Shown: in pieces, positions 46,648 through 57,503 of the stretch
Position numbering within the stretch: the first letter of the stretch is position 1
Layout of the letters: each line of letters opens with the position of its first letter
DNA from: Chloroflexota bacterium
GTDB taxonomy: Bacteria > Chloroflexota > UBA11872 > UBA12225
NCBI GenBank assembly: GCA_947446285.1
Contig: CANFGH010000005.1
Span: 835-64,834 of the forward strand
Reading direction: 5' to 3'
DNA: 64,000 nucleotides
The notes under the pieces: generated by a model
Databases searched by the model: none
Seen by the model: only the letters and a program-made list of their open reading frames with translations
What the model was told of the DNA's origin: nothing
Translations under genes and position numbers: made by a program

Positions 46648-48230
46648 CTTGCGACTTGCGCTTTCTGGTTGACGAGTGCGGCACCTTCGCCACTCTGAGG
46701 CAGGACAAACCAGACGGTTGACCCGTGACCTTCTCCAAGACTGTATGCACCAATCACCCCCCCGTGGGCCTGCACGAGGTGCTTGGCGATTGCCAAACCG
46801 AGGCCAGTTCCGCCTGACGCGCGTGATTGGTCCACCTTGAAGAACCGTTCGAACAACCGGGTGAGGTCCTCACGGGATATCCCGATGCCGGTATCGGTCA
46901 CACCGAACCGAATGCCCCCGCCGTCTCGCGAGGCCGTGAGTGTGACAACCCCACCTTCAGGAGTGAACTTGATGGCATTCTGGAGGAGATTGAGCAACAC
47001 CTGTCCAACTCGCATGGGATCGGCACTGATCATCGGGAGCGCGTGTTCTGCTGCCAACCGAAGATCGATACCCGCCCGCGTTGCCTGCGTGCGAAGCCTC
47101 CGGTAGGCCGTCTCAAGCAGTGTGATCGGCGCCACCGGGCGCTTTTCCATCTCGGCCTGACCGGATTCGATTTGCGATAGCTCAAGCAACTCGAACACCA
47201 GTTGGGTGAGGCTATCGACCTCGACATGCATCAGCCTGAGGAACTCGCGTGCCGCCGGAGGGTCGTCAAGCGCGCCCTCCTCAAGCGTCTCGACAAGCGC
47301 CTTCAGCGAAGCGAGGGGTGTCCGCAACTCGTGCGACACGTTGGCGACGAAATCCCTGCGAATGCTCTCGGACCGGCGCAGTTCGGTCTCATCTTCAAGA
47401 AAGATCACACCGGCCCCCACACCAGACGTGCGCCGGCTTGACCCAACCCCGACGTCGGACGGCAAACGACCTTGAGACGCGAACGGGACGGCCGACACCT
47501 TGACGAGGCGAACGCTTGTCGCGCGTCGAGCCATGGAGGGTTCACCCATCGTCGAGAATGGCGACAGTCGCACGTGTCTCGTCACCGGGCCCCGGGTTTC
47601 AATTGCCTTGATGAGCGTTTCAGTGACCTCGTAATCCCGAACCGCGGTCACCAGGCTCTGCCCCACCAGTGACGAACCATCTCCCGGCAGGTCCAGAAGA
47701 CGTGCTGCTTCGGGATTGACAGCCGCCACCCTTCCTTCTTCCGATGAAATGATCAGGCCTTCGGCAATCGACGCGAGCGTCTGCCGGACACGGACCCGCT
47801 CCCGGGCGACACTTTCGCGGTGCGTCTCCAAGGTGAGCGCAACATCGACAAGTGCCTCGGCAAGTGGTTCAGCCTCCTCGGGCAACCGAGATGCGACCAA
47901 GGCGGACGCAGGCGCATCCGAGTACATGAGATCGGGTGATGTCGCCTCGACGGCATACCGAACTGACTGACGCAACTGGCGTGCCGACACGGCGAACGCC
48001 TCGCGCGCCGCCGCTTGCCTCCCCTGGTCGGTTCGGTAGACAACGAACGCACCGAAGGCTCCGAGCGCAAGACCAACCGAACCGGTCAGGAGCGCCCACG
48101 CAGGATCCGACATCGCCATTGGGAGCGGGTCAGCGCCGGGCGCGCGCCCCACCGCGGACAGGAACCATTGACCGACAAACCACGTCACCGAAATCAGCGC
48201 GCCGACAACCACGTGAAGGTCGATTTTCAC
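46554..48230 (-). CDS. phoR: sensor histidine kinase (PhoR-like: TM, PAS, HisKA, HATPase)
   Basis: 558-aa ORF with N-terminal TM helices, H-box FVANVSHELRTPLASL, and N/G boxes (LLQNAIKF, DTGIGI, GGTGLGLAI). Follows phoU in the same direction. Confidence 0.85.
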   Translation of the reverse strand: MKIDLHVVVGALISVTWFVGQWFLSAVGRAPGADPLPMAMSDPAWALLTGSVGLALGAFGAFVVYRTDQGRQAAAREAFAVSARQLRQSVRYAVEATSPDLMYSDAPASALVASRLPEEAEPLAEALVDVALTLETHRESVARERVRVRQTLASIAEGLIISSEEGRVAAVNPEAARLLDLPGDGSSLVGQSLVTAVRDYEVTETLIKAIETRGPVTRHVRLSPFSTMGEPSMARRATSVRLVKVSAVPFASQGRLPSDVGVGSSRRTSGVGAGVIFLEDETELRRSESIRRDFVANVSHELRTPLASLKALVETLEEGALDDPPAAREFLRLMHVEVDSLTQLVFELLELSQIESGQAEMEKRPVAPITLLETAYRRLRTQATRAGIDLRLAAEHALPMISADPMRVGQVLLNLLQNAIKFTPEGGVVTLTASRDGGGIRFGVTDTGIGISREDLTRLFERFFKVDQSRASGGTGLGLAIAKHLVQAHGGVIGAYSLGEGHGSTVWFVLPQSGEGAALVNQKAQVASQTRGALASGDDGDGTPSIAVPGVPATPATP

Positions 48231-48283
48231 AATGAACCATTTTTGTGATTGGCGGTGGTCACGATCATGGCACCAACGAGGAA

Positions 48284-48958
48284 TTACTCCTCGTCAAGCT
48301 CTTCACGTCGCCCCTTGGCGAGATAGATGACCCGCTCGCATACATTGGTAATGTGATCCCCAACGCGTTCGAGGTTGTGCGCAATCCACAAGAGATACGT
48401 CGCCCGAACGATCGTACTTCCATCCTTCTCCATCGTGGAAAGCATCAAGTCGTAGACATCGTCCTGCAACTGGTCAAGCTCGGAATCTTGCCTCGCACAG
48501 GCAAGTGCTTTGTCGGCATCACGTTCTATGAACGCATCGAGGGCGAGTCGCAACCGTTGACGACATGACGCAACCATGCGCGGGAACTCATTAACCGATC
48601 TCATCGGAGGTTCGGCGCACAACTTCACGCTTAGTCGCGAAATACTGCGTGCGTGGTCACCCATCCGCTCGAGATCAGTCGCAATGTGTTCGACACTGGT
48701 TATGAACCGGAGGTCGGAAGCCATCGGCTGTTGCGTGGCCAAGAGGATGACTGCCCCATCCTCAATGCCCATCCGCTTGGCATTAATAAAGGAATCGTCA
48801 GCGACGACTTGCCTGGCCTGATCGACGTCACGTCGCGCCAACGCATCCATCGACCGCTCAAGGGCCTTGTCAACCATGCTGCCCATGGTCAGGATTTGAT
48901 CTCCAAGCTGGGCAAGCTCAAAGTGATACGCCTTGCGAATATCGGGCTGACGCGCCAT
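48284..48958 (-). CDS. phoU: phosphate signalling complex protein PhoU
   Basis: Two PhoU repeats with ERMGDHA and ERVGDHI motifs. ATG at 48958 within the longer track ORF. Confidence 0.85.
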   Translation of the reverse strand: MARQPDIRKAYHFELAQLGDQILTMGSMVDKALERSMDALARRDVDQARQVVADDSFINAKRMGIEDGAVILLATQQPMASDLRFITSVEHIATDLERMGDHARSISRLSVKLCAEPPMRSVNEFPRMVASCRQRLRLALDAFIERDADKALACARQDSELDQLQDDVYDLMLSTMEKDGSTIVRATYLLWIAHNLERVGDHITNVCERVIYLAKGRREELDEE

Positions 48959-49169
48959 GGCAGGTACTCCAAAGGCCAGTCCGCAGCGCGCGGTTCCGGT
49001 AACAACCGATCCGAAACCGGTGCTGTGGACCAAACGATAGGGGAATGGTATGCAAGCAATGTAACAGCGACATGAACCTGCCGTTACCTCAGAGCATCAC
49101 AATCGGGGGTGGCGTATCCGCAACACCGCCATCAGGGAGACCGCTGCCGTGATCGGTACCATACCTCAC

Positions 49170-49880
49170 ATGGGATCAAAAATCCTAGTCATCGAAGACG
49201 AACCCGCGATCATCACGAGTGTCAGCTACAGCTTTCGCAAGGAAGGCTACGAAGTGGTCACCGCCACCGATGGGCAAACCGGTCTTGAAACCGCACGACG
49301 CGACCCACCAGATCTGATTGTCCTCGATGTGATGCTTCCACGGCTGACTGGATTGGATGTGTGCCGGGCAATCAGGAGTTCGCCCTCGGCACTGCTACAG
49401 AACACTCCAATCATCATGTTGACTGCACGCACCGAAGAGCTTGACCGTGTCGTCGGACTTGAAATCGGTGCTGACGACTACGTGACCAAGCCGTTCTCGA
49501 TGCGCGAACTAGTCGCGCGCGTCAAGGCAATGCTCCGGCGAAGCCAGAGCCGCACGGACGAAGCGTCAGCCCAACGCCCAATGACTCTCGGACCCATCAC
49601 GCTCGACCCCGCGCAACGTCGCGTCACGAGAAACGGGACCAACGTCGCGCTCAAGCCCCGCGAGTTCGACCTCCTTGCATGCCTCATGAGGAACCCTGGT
49701 CAGGTCTTTACGCGGGATCACCTGCTCGCACGGGCGTGGGGCAGCGAATTCTCCGGGGACATGCGCACGGTGGACGTGCACATCCGGTGGCTCCGCGAGA
49801 AACTCGAGGAAGATCCTGGAAACCCAAAGATCATCGAGACGGTCCGAGGGGTCGGGTACCGCTCCTGTGCGCCCGACTGA
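49170..49880 (+). CDS. phoB: OmpR/PhoB-family response regulator
   Basis: Receiver domain (ILVIEDEP...LDVMLP...) plus a winged-helix trans_reg_C domain (RTVDVHIRWLREKLE, IETVRGVGY). ATG at 49170. Confidence 0.9.
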   Translation: MGSKILVIEDEPAIITSVSYSFRKEGYEVVTATDGQTGLETARRDPPDLIVLDVMLPRLTGLDVCRAIRSSPSALLQNTPIIMLTARTEELDRVVGLEIGADDYVTKPFSMRELVARVKAMLRRSQSRTDEASAQRPMTLGPITLDPAQRRVTRNGTNVALKPREFDLLACLMRNPGQVFTRDHLLARAWGSEFSGDMRTVDVHIRWLREKLEEDPGNPKIIETVRGVGYRSCAPD

Positions 49881-50259
49881 CCCGAATGTTCAAGGGGCGT
49901 CCGACATCCGTCGACTAGTCCGCATTCTGCGCGAGGCATTGCGCGCCCGTCCCTCAACCGTCGAGGAAATGGAGTCCCTACTCAAGGCAAGCCCGGAACA
50001 CGTAGTGACCGTGCTACGTGCCCTCCGTCGCCGACAGGGTCGCCTGCGGGTCAGCCTTCGAAACGGCCGGTCGGCTTGGTCGTGGGAACCGGAACCCGCC
50101 AACACCGCTCTGGCGCGACTTCTCGCCCCGCCGGTTCGCGAAGCGCAGGCCCGCACCGTAGAATCGCGGACGCCGGAATCAACGCCGGGCCAGACATCGC
50201 AAGGAGACCCCGACCATGGGAACCGCGCCAACGACCGGCGACGCCAAACCACCTCTTGA
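49867..50259 (+). CDS. hypothetical protein, possibly a small winged-helix protein
   Basis: 130-aa ORF overlapping the phoB end by 14 nt and the ilvD start by 44 nt. The [31 protein letters not shown] segment resembles a wHTH. The C-terminal half is low complexity. Confidence 0.3.
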   Translation: MRPTDPNVQGASDIRRLVRILREALRARPSTVEEMESLLKASPEHVVTVLRALRRRQGRLRVSLRNGRSAWSWEPEPANTALARLLAPPVREAQARTVESRTPESTPGQTSQGDPDHGNRANDRRRQTTS

Positions 50260-51949
50260 CCTGGTCACAGATCCACGGCATCAAAGCCGGATCCAGCTGG
50301 ATGGCCGCGACCGCATTGCCGCCCGGGCAATGTTGCATGCCATCGGTTTCACCAACGAAGACCTGAGCCGGCCAATCGTCGGCGTGGCGCACTCGTGGAT
50401 TGAAACGATGCCCTGCAACTGGGGCCTGCGCGCGCTAGCCGAACAGGTCAAGAAGGGCATTCGCGACGCCGGTGGGACGCCGATGGAACTGAATACCATC
50501 GCCATCAGCGACGGCGTCACCATGGGCACGGAGGGCATGAAGGCGTCCCTCGTTTCGCGGGAAGTGATCGCCGACTCCATTGAACTCGTCGCGCGCGGCC
50601 ACATGTTCGACGCACTCATCATTCTCGTCGGGTGTGACAAGACAATCCCTGCCGGCGCGATGGCACTGCTTCGACTGAACATCCCTGGCGTACTGCTCTA
50701 CGGGGGCCCAATCAAACCCGGGCGGTTCAGAGGCAAGGACGTCACGATCATCGACCTGTTCGAAGCCGTCGGTGCCCATTCCGCAGGGAAGATGTCCGAT
50801 GCAGACCTCGATGAAATCGAGAACTGCGCGATCCCTGGCGCTGGCGCGTGTGGGGGCCAGTACACCGCGAACACCATGGCAATGGCCCTGGAGTTCCTTG
50901 GTCTCGCCCCGCTAGGCAGCGGCAGTGTTCCCGCAGTGGACAAGCGCAAGAACCAAGTAGGCGTTGACGCTGGCCACCTGGTCATGGACGTCCTCCGACG
51001 TGGCGTGCGCCCGCGTGACATTGCCACCAAGGCCGCCTTTGAGAATGCCATCGCCGGTGTCTGTGCATCCGGCGGGTCAACCAATGCGGTACTCCACTTG
51101 CCAGCCATGGCCCACGAAGCCGGTTTCGAGTTGACCCTCGATGAGTTCAACGAGATCAGTCACCAGACACCGCTCATCTGCGACCTCAAGCCAGGCGGAC
51201 GCTTCGTTGCGGTCGATCTCGATAACGCCGGCGGCATCCAATTGGTCGCCAAGCGCCTCATCGAGGGCGGCAAACTTGACGGTTCGTGCCTGACCGTGAC
51301 CGGCCACACCCTCGCCGAAGAGGCGGCCAAGGCCATCGAGATGCCCGGCCAGGAAGTCGTGGTCACCGTGGACAAGCCACTCAAGGAGACCGGGGGCATC
51401 GTCATCCTCAAGGGCAACATTGCCCCCGAAGGTGCCGTGATCAAGGTGGCTGGCTACGACCGGACATTTCATCAGGGACCGGCGCGGGTCTTCGAACGCG
51501 AAGAAGAGGCCATGGCAGCCGTGACCGGTGGCAAGGTCCACCCGGGAGACGTGGTCGTGATCCGCTACGAAGGACCGCGGGGCGGTCCGGGAATGCGCGA
51601 GATGCTTAGCGTGACTGGCGCGATCAACGGTGCCGGCCTCAGTGCGTCGGTCAGCCTGATAACCGACGGTCGCTTCAGCGGTGGCACTCACGGGTTCATG
51701 GTCGGGCATGTGTCACCCGAAGCCGCCCTCGGTGGCCCCATTGCCGCCATGCGTGACGGCGACATCGTGACCATCGATCTCAAGGCACGAACCATGGACA
51801 TCGCAGTTTCGGATGCCGAAATCGCGGCACGCATGGCCGGATGGAAGCGCCCCGCACCCCGCTACACCAATGGGGTGTTTGCGAAATACATGGCCCAGGT
51901 GGGAAGTGCCTCACGGGGTGCGATCACCAGTTCGCCCGACCTCTCCTGA
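50216..51949 (+). CDS. ilvD: dihydroxy-acid dehydratase
   Basis: 577-aa ORF of the IlvD/Edd family pattern ([45 protein letters not shown]). Confidence 0.9.
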   Translation: MGTAPTTGDAKPPLDLVTDPRHQSRIQLDGRDRIAARAMLHAIGFTNEDLSRPIVGVAHSWIETMPCNWGLRALAEQVKKGIRDAGGTPMELNTIAISDGVTMGTEGMKASLVSREVIADSIELVARGHMFDALIILVGCDKTIPAGAMALLRLNIPGVLLYGGPIKPGRFRGKDVTIIDLFEAVGAHSAGKMSDADLDEIENCAIPGAGACGGQYTANTMAMALEFLGLAPLGSGSVPAVDKRKNQVGVDAGHLVMDVLRRGVRPRDIATKAAFENAIAGVCASGGSTNAVLHLPAMAHEAGFELTLDEFNEISHQTPLICDLKPGGRFVAVDLDNAGGIQLVAKRLIEGGKLDGSCLTVTGHTLAEEAAKAIEMPGQEVVVTVDKPLKETGGIVILKGNIAPEGAVIKVAGYDRTFHQGPARVFEREEEAMAAVTGGKVHPGDVVVIRYEGPRGGPGMREMLSVTGAINGAGLSASVSLITDGRFSGGTHGFMVGHVSPEAALGGPIAAMRDGDIVTIDLKARTMDIAVSDAEIAARMAGWKRPAPRYTNGVFAKYMAQVGSASRGAITSSPDLS

Positions 51950-51955
51950 ACACCA

Positions 51956-51986
51956 AACCCCGGCACGGAGGTCCCGTGTCGGGGTT
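51956..51986. terminator. 13-bp stem hairpin between convergent ilvD and relA/spoT
   Basis: AACCCCGGCACGG-aggtc-CCGTGTCGGGGTT (one G-U pair), 7 nt after the ilvD stop. Confidence 0.55.
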
Positions 51987-52051
51987 GTTGGGGGATCGGC
52001 CCGTCAAGTGAAAGTCAAAACCGGTGCGACACAACTGGCATGCCGGGGTTG

Positions 52052-54340
52052 CTAGTTCACCCGGTCGCGCAAGGTCGCCGGCACGTGGGCAACATTACCT
52101 CGGGTCTCCCGACTGGCGTTACGCACCGCCTTAATGGATTCAAGGCGGGTCAGTAGCCGGCTCAATTGTGCGAGGCTTCCGAGTTCCACCGTGGTCATGA
52201 TCGTCGCGATCCCCTCCTGGGCATCGACGGTGACCTGTGAACCGGTGATGTTCAATTTTTCCTCAGCCACCACGGCAGCAACGTCTCGCAGAAGACCCGG
52301 CCGGTCAAACGCTTCGACCCGCACCGTCACCGGATAGTTCTGACCACCGCTGCGTCCCCAGTCGACGGCTACCAGACGGTCTGGTTCATCTTCCGCAAGC
52401 ACATTGTGGCAGTCCTGACGATGGATCGTAATACCACGGTTCCTGGTGATGAACCCGATGATCCGGTCGCCGGGAACGGGCTTGCAACAGGGGGCCATGC
52501 GCGTAAGAAGATCTCCCACCCCCATGACCTGCACCGCCCCAGTCGAGTTGGCACCGGTCGCCGGTGCAACTTCCGGCAGGTCGATGAACGCTGGTTCAGG
52601 TACCGAACGCAGCCCCAGGCGCCCGATGACTGTCTGCAGTCCGACGCCACCGTACCCGATTGCCGCCAGGAGACTGTCGAGCGACTGGAAGTTGAGCTGG
52701 GTAGCCGTGGTCTCAAGCTGTGTCTCGGCAACGGAACTGATGCCACCAAGCCCGAGGCGCTTGAGTTCCTTCTCCAATACGTCGCGCCCTCGAATGATGT
52801 TCTCCGCGCGCTGCTGCTGCTTGAACCACTGGCGGATCTTTTCCCGCGCATGGCTTGTTCGGACAACCGTCAGCCAGTCGCGACTTGGGCCGTGCGATGA
52901 CTTGGTGGTCAGGATTTCGACGATGTCACCGTTCTTGAGTTCGTAGTCAAGGGAAACCAATTTCTGGTTGACACGGGCGCCAATGCATCGGTGGCCCACA
53001 TCAGTATGGATCCGGTAGGCGAAATCCAACGGTGTTGCCCGAGCCGGCAAGTCCTTGACCTCACCGCGAGGGGTGAAGACAAACACCTGATCCTGGAAGA
53101 TATCCATCTTGACGGTCTCGACGAATTCCTGCGCCGTCGAGAGTTCCTGTTGCCACGCCATCAACTGCCGTAACCACGCAAGTTTCGCCTCGAACTGGGT
53201 ATCCGGCTGACTGCCTTCCTTGTACCGCCAGTGAGCCGCAATGCCGTGTTCGGCAATCCGGTGCATATCATGCGTCCGGATCTGAACCTCGAGGAAACGT
53301 CCCGTGCGCGCTACCACTGCCGTGTGCAGCGATTGGTACATGTTGCCCTTCGGCATCGCGATGTAGTCGTCGAACTGCCCGGGCACTGGCGGCCAGAGGC
53401 TGTGGACGATGCCGAGCGCGGCGTAGCACTCCGGGACCGTGGCCACCACAACCCGAAGCGCGAGAAGATCGTACAACTGGTCGAAACTACGGCCTGTCCG
53501 CTCCATCTTCTTGTAGATCGAATAGATGTGCTTGGGCCGGCCAGTGATCTCCGAGGCAATACCGGTCTTTGCCAAGTGGTCGCGGATTGACTCGATGCAT
53601 TCCTCAACATGCGCCTCGCGCGCCCGCCGGGTATCGTTGAGGAGACGCTTCAGGTCCTGATAGTGCTCGGGCTCGAGGTGATAGAACGCAGCATCCTCGA
53701 GTTTCCACTTGACCTGCCAAATGCCAAGACGGTGGGCCAGAGGCGCGTAGATCTCGAGTGTTTCCCGGGCGATACGGTGACGCGCATCGGGACGCTTGCC
53801 ACCGAGGGTTCGCACATTGTGCAGACGGTCGCACAACTTGATCAGGACAACACGAATGTCCTCGGCCATCGCCAGGAACATCTTGCGAAGGTTTTCGGCC
53901 TGCTGTTCCTCAAGACTGTTCCAATGGATCCTGGACAGTTTGGTGACACCATCGACCAGCCGGGCAACTTCGATGCCAAATGCGTCACACAGTGCGTCAA
54001 AGGTGACGCCAGTGTCCTCGATGACGTCGTGCAGAAGCGCCGCCGCAATCGTTGCTCGATCAAGCTGCAGATCAGCCAGGAGCAGTGCGGTCTCCAGTGG
54101 ATGCTGGATATATGGCTCGCCCGAACCACGGTTCTGGCCTGAATGGGCCTTGGCTGCGTACTCGTATGCCCGCTCAACGATTCCCAGGTCAGAGTTCGGT
54201 GGCAAGTAGGCACGCAACCGCCCCAGAAGGTCATCAAGCGTCGTCAGGCGACGCGACGCATCCGGTTCGTTCTCAATCGCTGGAAGTGGCGTCGCAATCA
54301 CGGTGGCATCGGGCATGGCTTCAATCTCGGCAACGGGCAC
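52052..54340 (-). CDS. rel: bifunctional (p)ppGpp synthetase/hydrolase RelA/SpoT (Rel)
   Basis: 762-aa ORF. HD hydrolase domain (HDVIEDT), RelA_SpoT synthetase domain (YKSLHT-like YQSLHTAV), TGS and C-terminal ACT-like regions. Confidence 0.95.
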   Translation of the reverse strand: MPVAEIEAMPDATVIATPLPAIENEPDASRRLTTLDDLLGRLRAYLPPNSDLGIVERAYEYAAKAHSGQNRGSGEPYIQHPLETALLLADLQLDRATIAAALLHDVIEDTGVTFDALCDAFGIEVARLVDGVTKLSRIHWNSLEEQQAENLRKMFLAMAEDIRVVLIKLCDRLHNVRTLGGKRPDARHRIARETLEIYAPLAHRLGIWQVKWKLEDAAFYHLEPEHYQDLKRLLNDTRRAREAHVEECIESIRDHLAKTGIASEITGRPKHIYSIYKKMERTGRSFDQLYDLLALRVVVATVPECYAALGIVHSLWPPVPGQFDDYIAMPKGNMYQSLHTAVVARTGRFLEVQIRTHDMHRIAEHGIAAHWRYKEGSQPDTQFEAKLAWLRQLMAWQQELSTAQEFVETVKMDIFQDQVFVFTPRGEVKDLPARATPLDFAYRIHTDVGHRCIGARVNQKLVSLDYELKNGDIVEILTTKSSHGPSRDWLTVVRTSHAREKIRQWFKQQQRAENIIRGRDVLEKELKRLGLGGISSVAETQLETTATQLNFQSLDSLLAAIGYGGVGLQTVIGRLGLRSVPEPAFIDLPEVAPATGANSTGAVQVMGVGDLLTRMAPCCKPVPGDRIIGFITRNRGITIHRQDCHNVLAEDEPDRLVAVDWGRSGGQNYPVTVRVEAFDRPGLLRDVAAVVAEEKLNITGSQVTVDAQEGIATIMTTVELGSLAQLSRLLTRLESIKAVRNASRETRGNVAHVPATLRDRVN

Positions 54341-54529
54341 CTCGCCCGGTTGCAGGTGACACGATCAGCCGACGCTGCGGAGAGATAGAATCGAAAGCCT
54401 CCATCCTCTCCTCAGAGGAGGATAACGCCGCCGAGGCCGCCGCACAATCCCTTTGCGCGAAGCGCGGCCAATTCCGAGACGTGGCGTATACCCTTTACGG
54501 AGGCGCTCGCTGCGTCCGACTGAGGCACC

Positions 54530-55894
54530 ATGTTTTACGACCACGCAACGATCAGCCTGAAAGCCGGGAACGGTGGCGACGGCGCCATGCACATGCGCCG
54601 GGAAAAGTACGTCTCACTCGGCGGTCCAGACGGCGGCGATGGCGGGCGTGGTGGCAGCATCTACCTCGAAGGCGACCCCAACCAGAACACCCTCATCTCC
54701 TTCCGGTTCAAGCGACACTTCGTCGCACCGGACGGCACCGGAGGCGGACGGCGTAACAGCCATGGTCGCGCCGGACAGGACACGGTCATCCGTGTTCCCC
54801 TCGGCACTGTCGTGCACGATGCCGCCAACGGTGAACTCCTTGGTGATGTCACCGAACCAAAGCAACGCGTCCTCATTGCGCGTGGTGGCCGAGGCGGACT
54901 TGGCAACACCCACTTCAAGACCGCGACCCATCAGACACCAGAATTCGCCCAACGTGGCGAACCCGGCCAAAAGCGCGACGTGGCCCTTGAACTGCGGGTC
55001 ATTGCCGACGTCGGCCTGGTGGGCTACCCAAATGCCGGGAAGTCGTCCTTCCTTGCAGCCGTATCCGCCGCCCGTCCAAAAGTTGCTGCCTATCCGTTCA
55101 CGACCCTCGAACCGAACCTCGGCGTGGTCGGGTTTGCCGACGACAGTTTCGTCCTCGCGGATATCCCCGGTCTCATTGAGGGTGCCAGCGATGGCGCCGG
55201 TCTCGGTCTCCAGTTCCTTCGGCACATCGAACGCACCCGCCTCCTCCTGCACATCATCGATGTCGCAGGCGTGGATGGTCGAGCCGACCCAATCGGTGAC
55301 TTCCACCGGATCAACACGGAACTGCAGCGATATTCGGAAGCGTTGGCGACCAGACCGCAGATTGTCCTCGCAAACAAGCTCGACCTCCCCGAGGCACAGG
55401 AGGCATGGCCAGAGTTCCGGGCCGAGATGGCATCACTCGGGATTCCCGTCTTCCCGCTGTCCGCTGCCACCCGTGAAGGTGTCGACAACGTCCTCAGGGC
55501 GGTCATCATCCGCCTGAACGCCATGAACCAGGCCGAGGCGGACGCCCGACAGGCCGATGTCGACAGCTTTGCCGTCGGTCCCGGCTTTGAACGCTATACC
55601 CCGGCCCCGCGTGACCGCGCGCGCGACTTCCACGTCGAGAAGACCAACGATGGGTTCATCGTGTCGGGCGAACCTATTGACCGCCTTGTGGCAATGATCG
55701 ACGTCCACCTGATCGCCGGACAGGCGTACCTCAAGCAGCGTCTCCGCCAACTCGGCGTGATCGCATCCCTTGACGAACTCGGCATCAAGACTGGTGACAC
55801 CGTGGTCCTGGGGTCGGAACGGATCAGGTGGGGTCCGCCGGAACCGCCTCCAAAGCGCCGTTCGGCGTTGTCCCGGAAACTCGGCGTCCGCTGA
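54530..55894 (+). CDS. obg: GTPase Obg/CgtA with C-terminal OCT domain
   Basis: 454-aa ORF. MFYDHATISLKAGNGGDGAMHMRREKYV..GGPDGGDGGRGGSIYL Obg fold. G1 GYPNAGKSS. C-terminal Obg_CT-like segment. Confidence 0.95.
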   Translation: MFYDHATISLKAGNGGDGAMHMRREKYVSLGGPDGGDGGRGGSIYLEGDPNQNTLISFRFKRHFVAPDGTGGGRRNSHGRAGQDTVIRVPLGTVVHDAANGELLGDVTEPKQRVLIARGGRGGLGNTHFKTATHQTPEFAQRGEPGQKRDVALELRVIADVGLVGYPNAGKSSFLAAVSAARPKVAAYPFTTLEPNLGVVGFADDSFVLADIPGLIEGASDGAGLGLQFLRHIERTRLLLHIIDVAGVDGRADPIGDFHRINTELQRYSEALATRPQIVLANKLDLPEAQEAWPEFRAEMASLGIPVFPLSAATREGVDNVLRAVIIRLNAMNQAEADARQADVDSFAVGPGFERYTPAPRDRARDFHVEKTNDGFIVSGEPIDRLVAMIDVHLIAGQAYLKQRLRQLGVIASLDELGIKTGDTVVLGSERIRWGPPEPPPKRRSALSRKLGVR

Positions 55895-55920
55895 CAACCC
55901 GGCGACTATCCGGGGTGGAC

Positions 55921-55939
55921 CCCACCACAAAACGGTGGG
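55921..55939. terminator. short hairpin between convergent obg and the sugar transferase gene
   Basis: CCCACC-acaaaac-GGTGGG, 27 nt after the obg stop. Only 6 bp and no U-tract. Confidence 0.3.
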
Positions 55940-55999
55940 TGGCCCTGCACTACCAAGCGACTGTGGGTCAACGGCCCGCAGCCGTCTGTACTAGCCGTG

Positions 56000-57370
56000 T
56001 CAGAACGCACCCCGTCCCCGCAGGACCACCGGAACCGTCCGCAACAGGATCACCACGTCGAGCCACGGTGAGTAATTCTGGATGTAATAGAGGTCGTATT
56101 CGACGTTTTCGTGAAGAGGACGGTCACTGCGACCATTGATCTGCCACCATCCCGTCATGCCCGGGGGCGCAGCGAACCGCTTGCGCTGCCATGGTTCGTA
56201 CTTTTCGACAATCCACGGCTGTTCGGGCCGCGGACCGACAAGGCTCATCTCACCCATCAGAACATTGAAAAGATTCGGAATTTCATCAAGGGACCATCGA
56301 CGCAGAAACCGACCCAAGCGCGTCACGCGCGGGTCAGCGCGGCGCTTCAGATGCTGCTGGCTTTCAGAACCGACCCGCATCGTCCTGAATTTCCACATGC
56401 GAAATTGACGGCCATTCTCCCCCACCCTTGGCAATCCGACAAATGCCGGTCCGGGATTATCGAGGGCGATGGCAACCCCAACTACGATGATTGCCGGACC
56501 AAGCAGCACGACGCCGATACCCGCGATAACCAGGTCGAAGAGACGCTTGACCACCCGATCCATGCCAGTGATTGCCGGGTCACGGATGCCAATCAGCGGT
56601 ACGCCCCAGAAGTCCTCAATGCGGGCACGAGCCGCAATCATGTTGAACCGTTCGGGCACGATGCGAACGCGCACCGGAAGTGGTAGCAGGGAAAGCGCTA
56701 CGCGCACCGTCTGTTCATGCCGCTCTGGAGGCAGCGCAACAATCACCTCGTCAACGTGACGGTCGGCGACAACCTTTGCAGCATCGGAGGTCGATCCGAG
56801 GATCGGATGACCGTCGACTTCGGTTGCCTGGGTATCGTCGAGAAACCCGACGACCGCAAGCCCTGCCCAAGGTCGCGATGCCATCAGCGATGCGACTTCC
56901 CGTCCGGCCGGACCTGCGCCAATGATCAGGACACGGCTACCGGCGCGCCCACCTGATGCAAGCCATGTCATCAGCAGGCGGGCAAACAAGCGCAGATTGA
57001 CCAGGATCACCAGATCAAGTCCGACAAAATACGCCAGGAGCAACCGGGAGATGAAACGGAACTCGAAAACGTAGAAGAACCCCACAAGAGCCAGTGACGC
57101 CACGGCGATGCCGGGCACCACTACCCCAATCTCATCAATCAGCGACCGGGTCCGATGCGTGTCGTACGCGCCGAATGCCCGCAAGGCAACCGGCCAGAGC
57201 ACGATGACCGCAAGGTAGACCGGCGGCTTGATAAACCAACCTGGCACCACCTCATCGCCAATGGGCATTTCATGTCTGCCCCAGTCGGCAACGAATAGCG
57301 CAAGGCACGTCAGGACGGCATCAGTGACCAGGAGACCCGCTGACCACCAATTGGTCACATGCCTCAACAT
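56000..57370 (-). CDS. polyprenyl-phosphate glycosyl-1-phosphate transferase (WbaP/exopolysaccharide priming sugar transferase)
   Basis: 456-aa ORF. N-terminal TM helices, a central Rossmann-like domain, and a C-terminal Bac_transf domain (KRLFDL..., [30 protein letters not shown]). Confidence 0.85.
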   Translation of the reverse strand: MLRHVTNWWSAGLLVTDAVLTCLALFVADWGRHEMPIGDEVVPGWFIKPPVYLAVIVLWPVALRAFGAYDTHRTRSLIDEIGVVVPGIAVASLALVGFFYVFEFRFISRLLLAYFVGLDLVILVNLRLFARLLMTWLASGGRAGSRVLIIGAGPAGREVASLMASRPWAGLAVVGFLDDTQATEVDGHPILGSTSDAAKVVADRHVDEVIVALPPERHEQTVRVALSLLPLPVRVRIVPERFNMIAARARIEDFWGVPLIGIRDPAITGMDRVVKRLFDLVIAGIGVVLLGPAIIVVGVAIALDNPGPAFVGLPRVGENGRQFRMWKFRTMRVGSESQQHLKRRADPRVTRLGRFLRRWSLDEIPNLFNVLMGEMSLVGPRPEQPWIVEKYEPWQRKRFAAPPGMTGWWQINGRSDRPLHENVEYDLYYIQNYSPWLDVVILLRTVPVVLRGRGAF

Positions 57371-57503
57371 CAGGTGTCGTCTCTCTGCCCCGTGCAGGGA
57401 GGGACGCGAACAGCGCCCCTTCCGCTATTGTCCATCAACGGGGGGTGGGGTTGTTCAGATGCACGCACCCGCGCAATCCCTTGCCCGTCCAGAAGCTGGC
57501 CGA

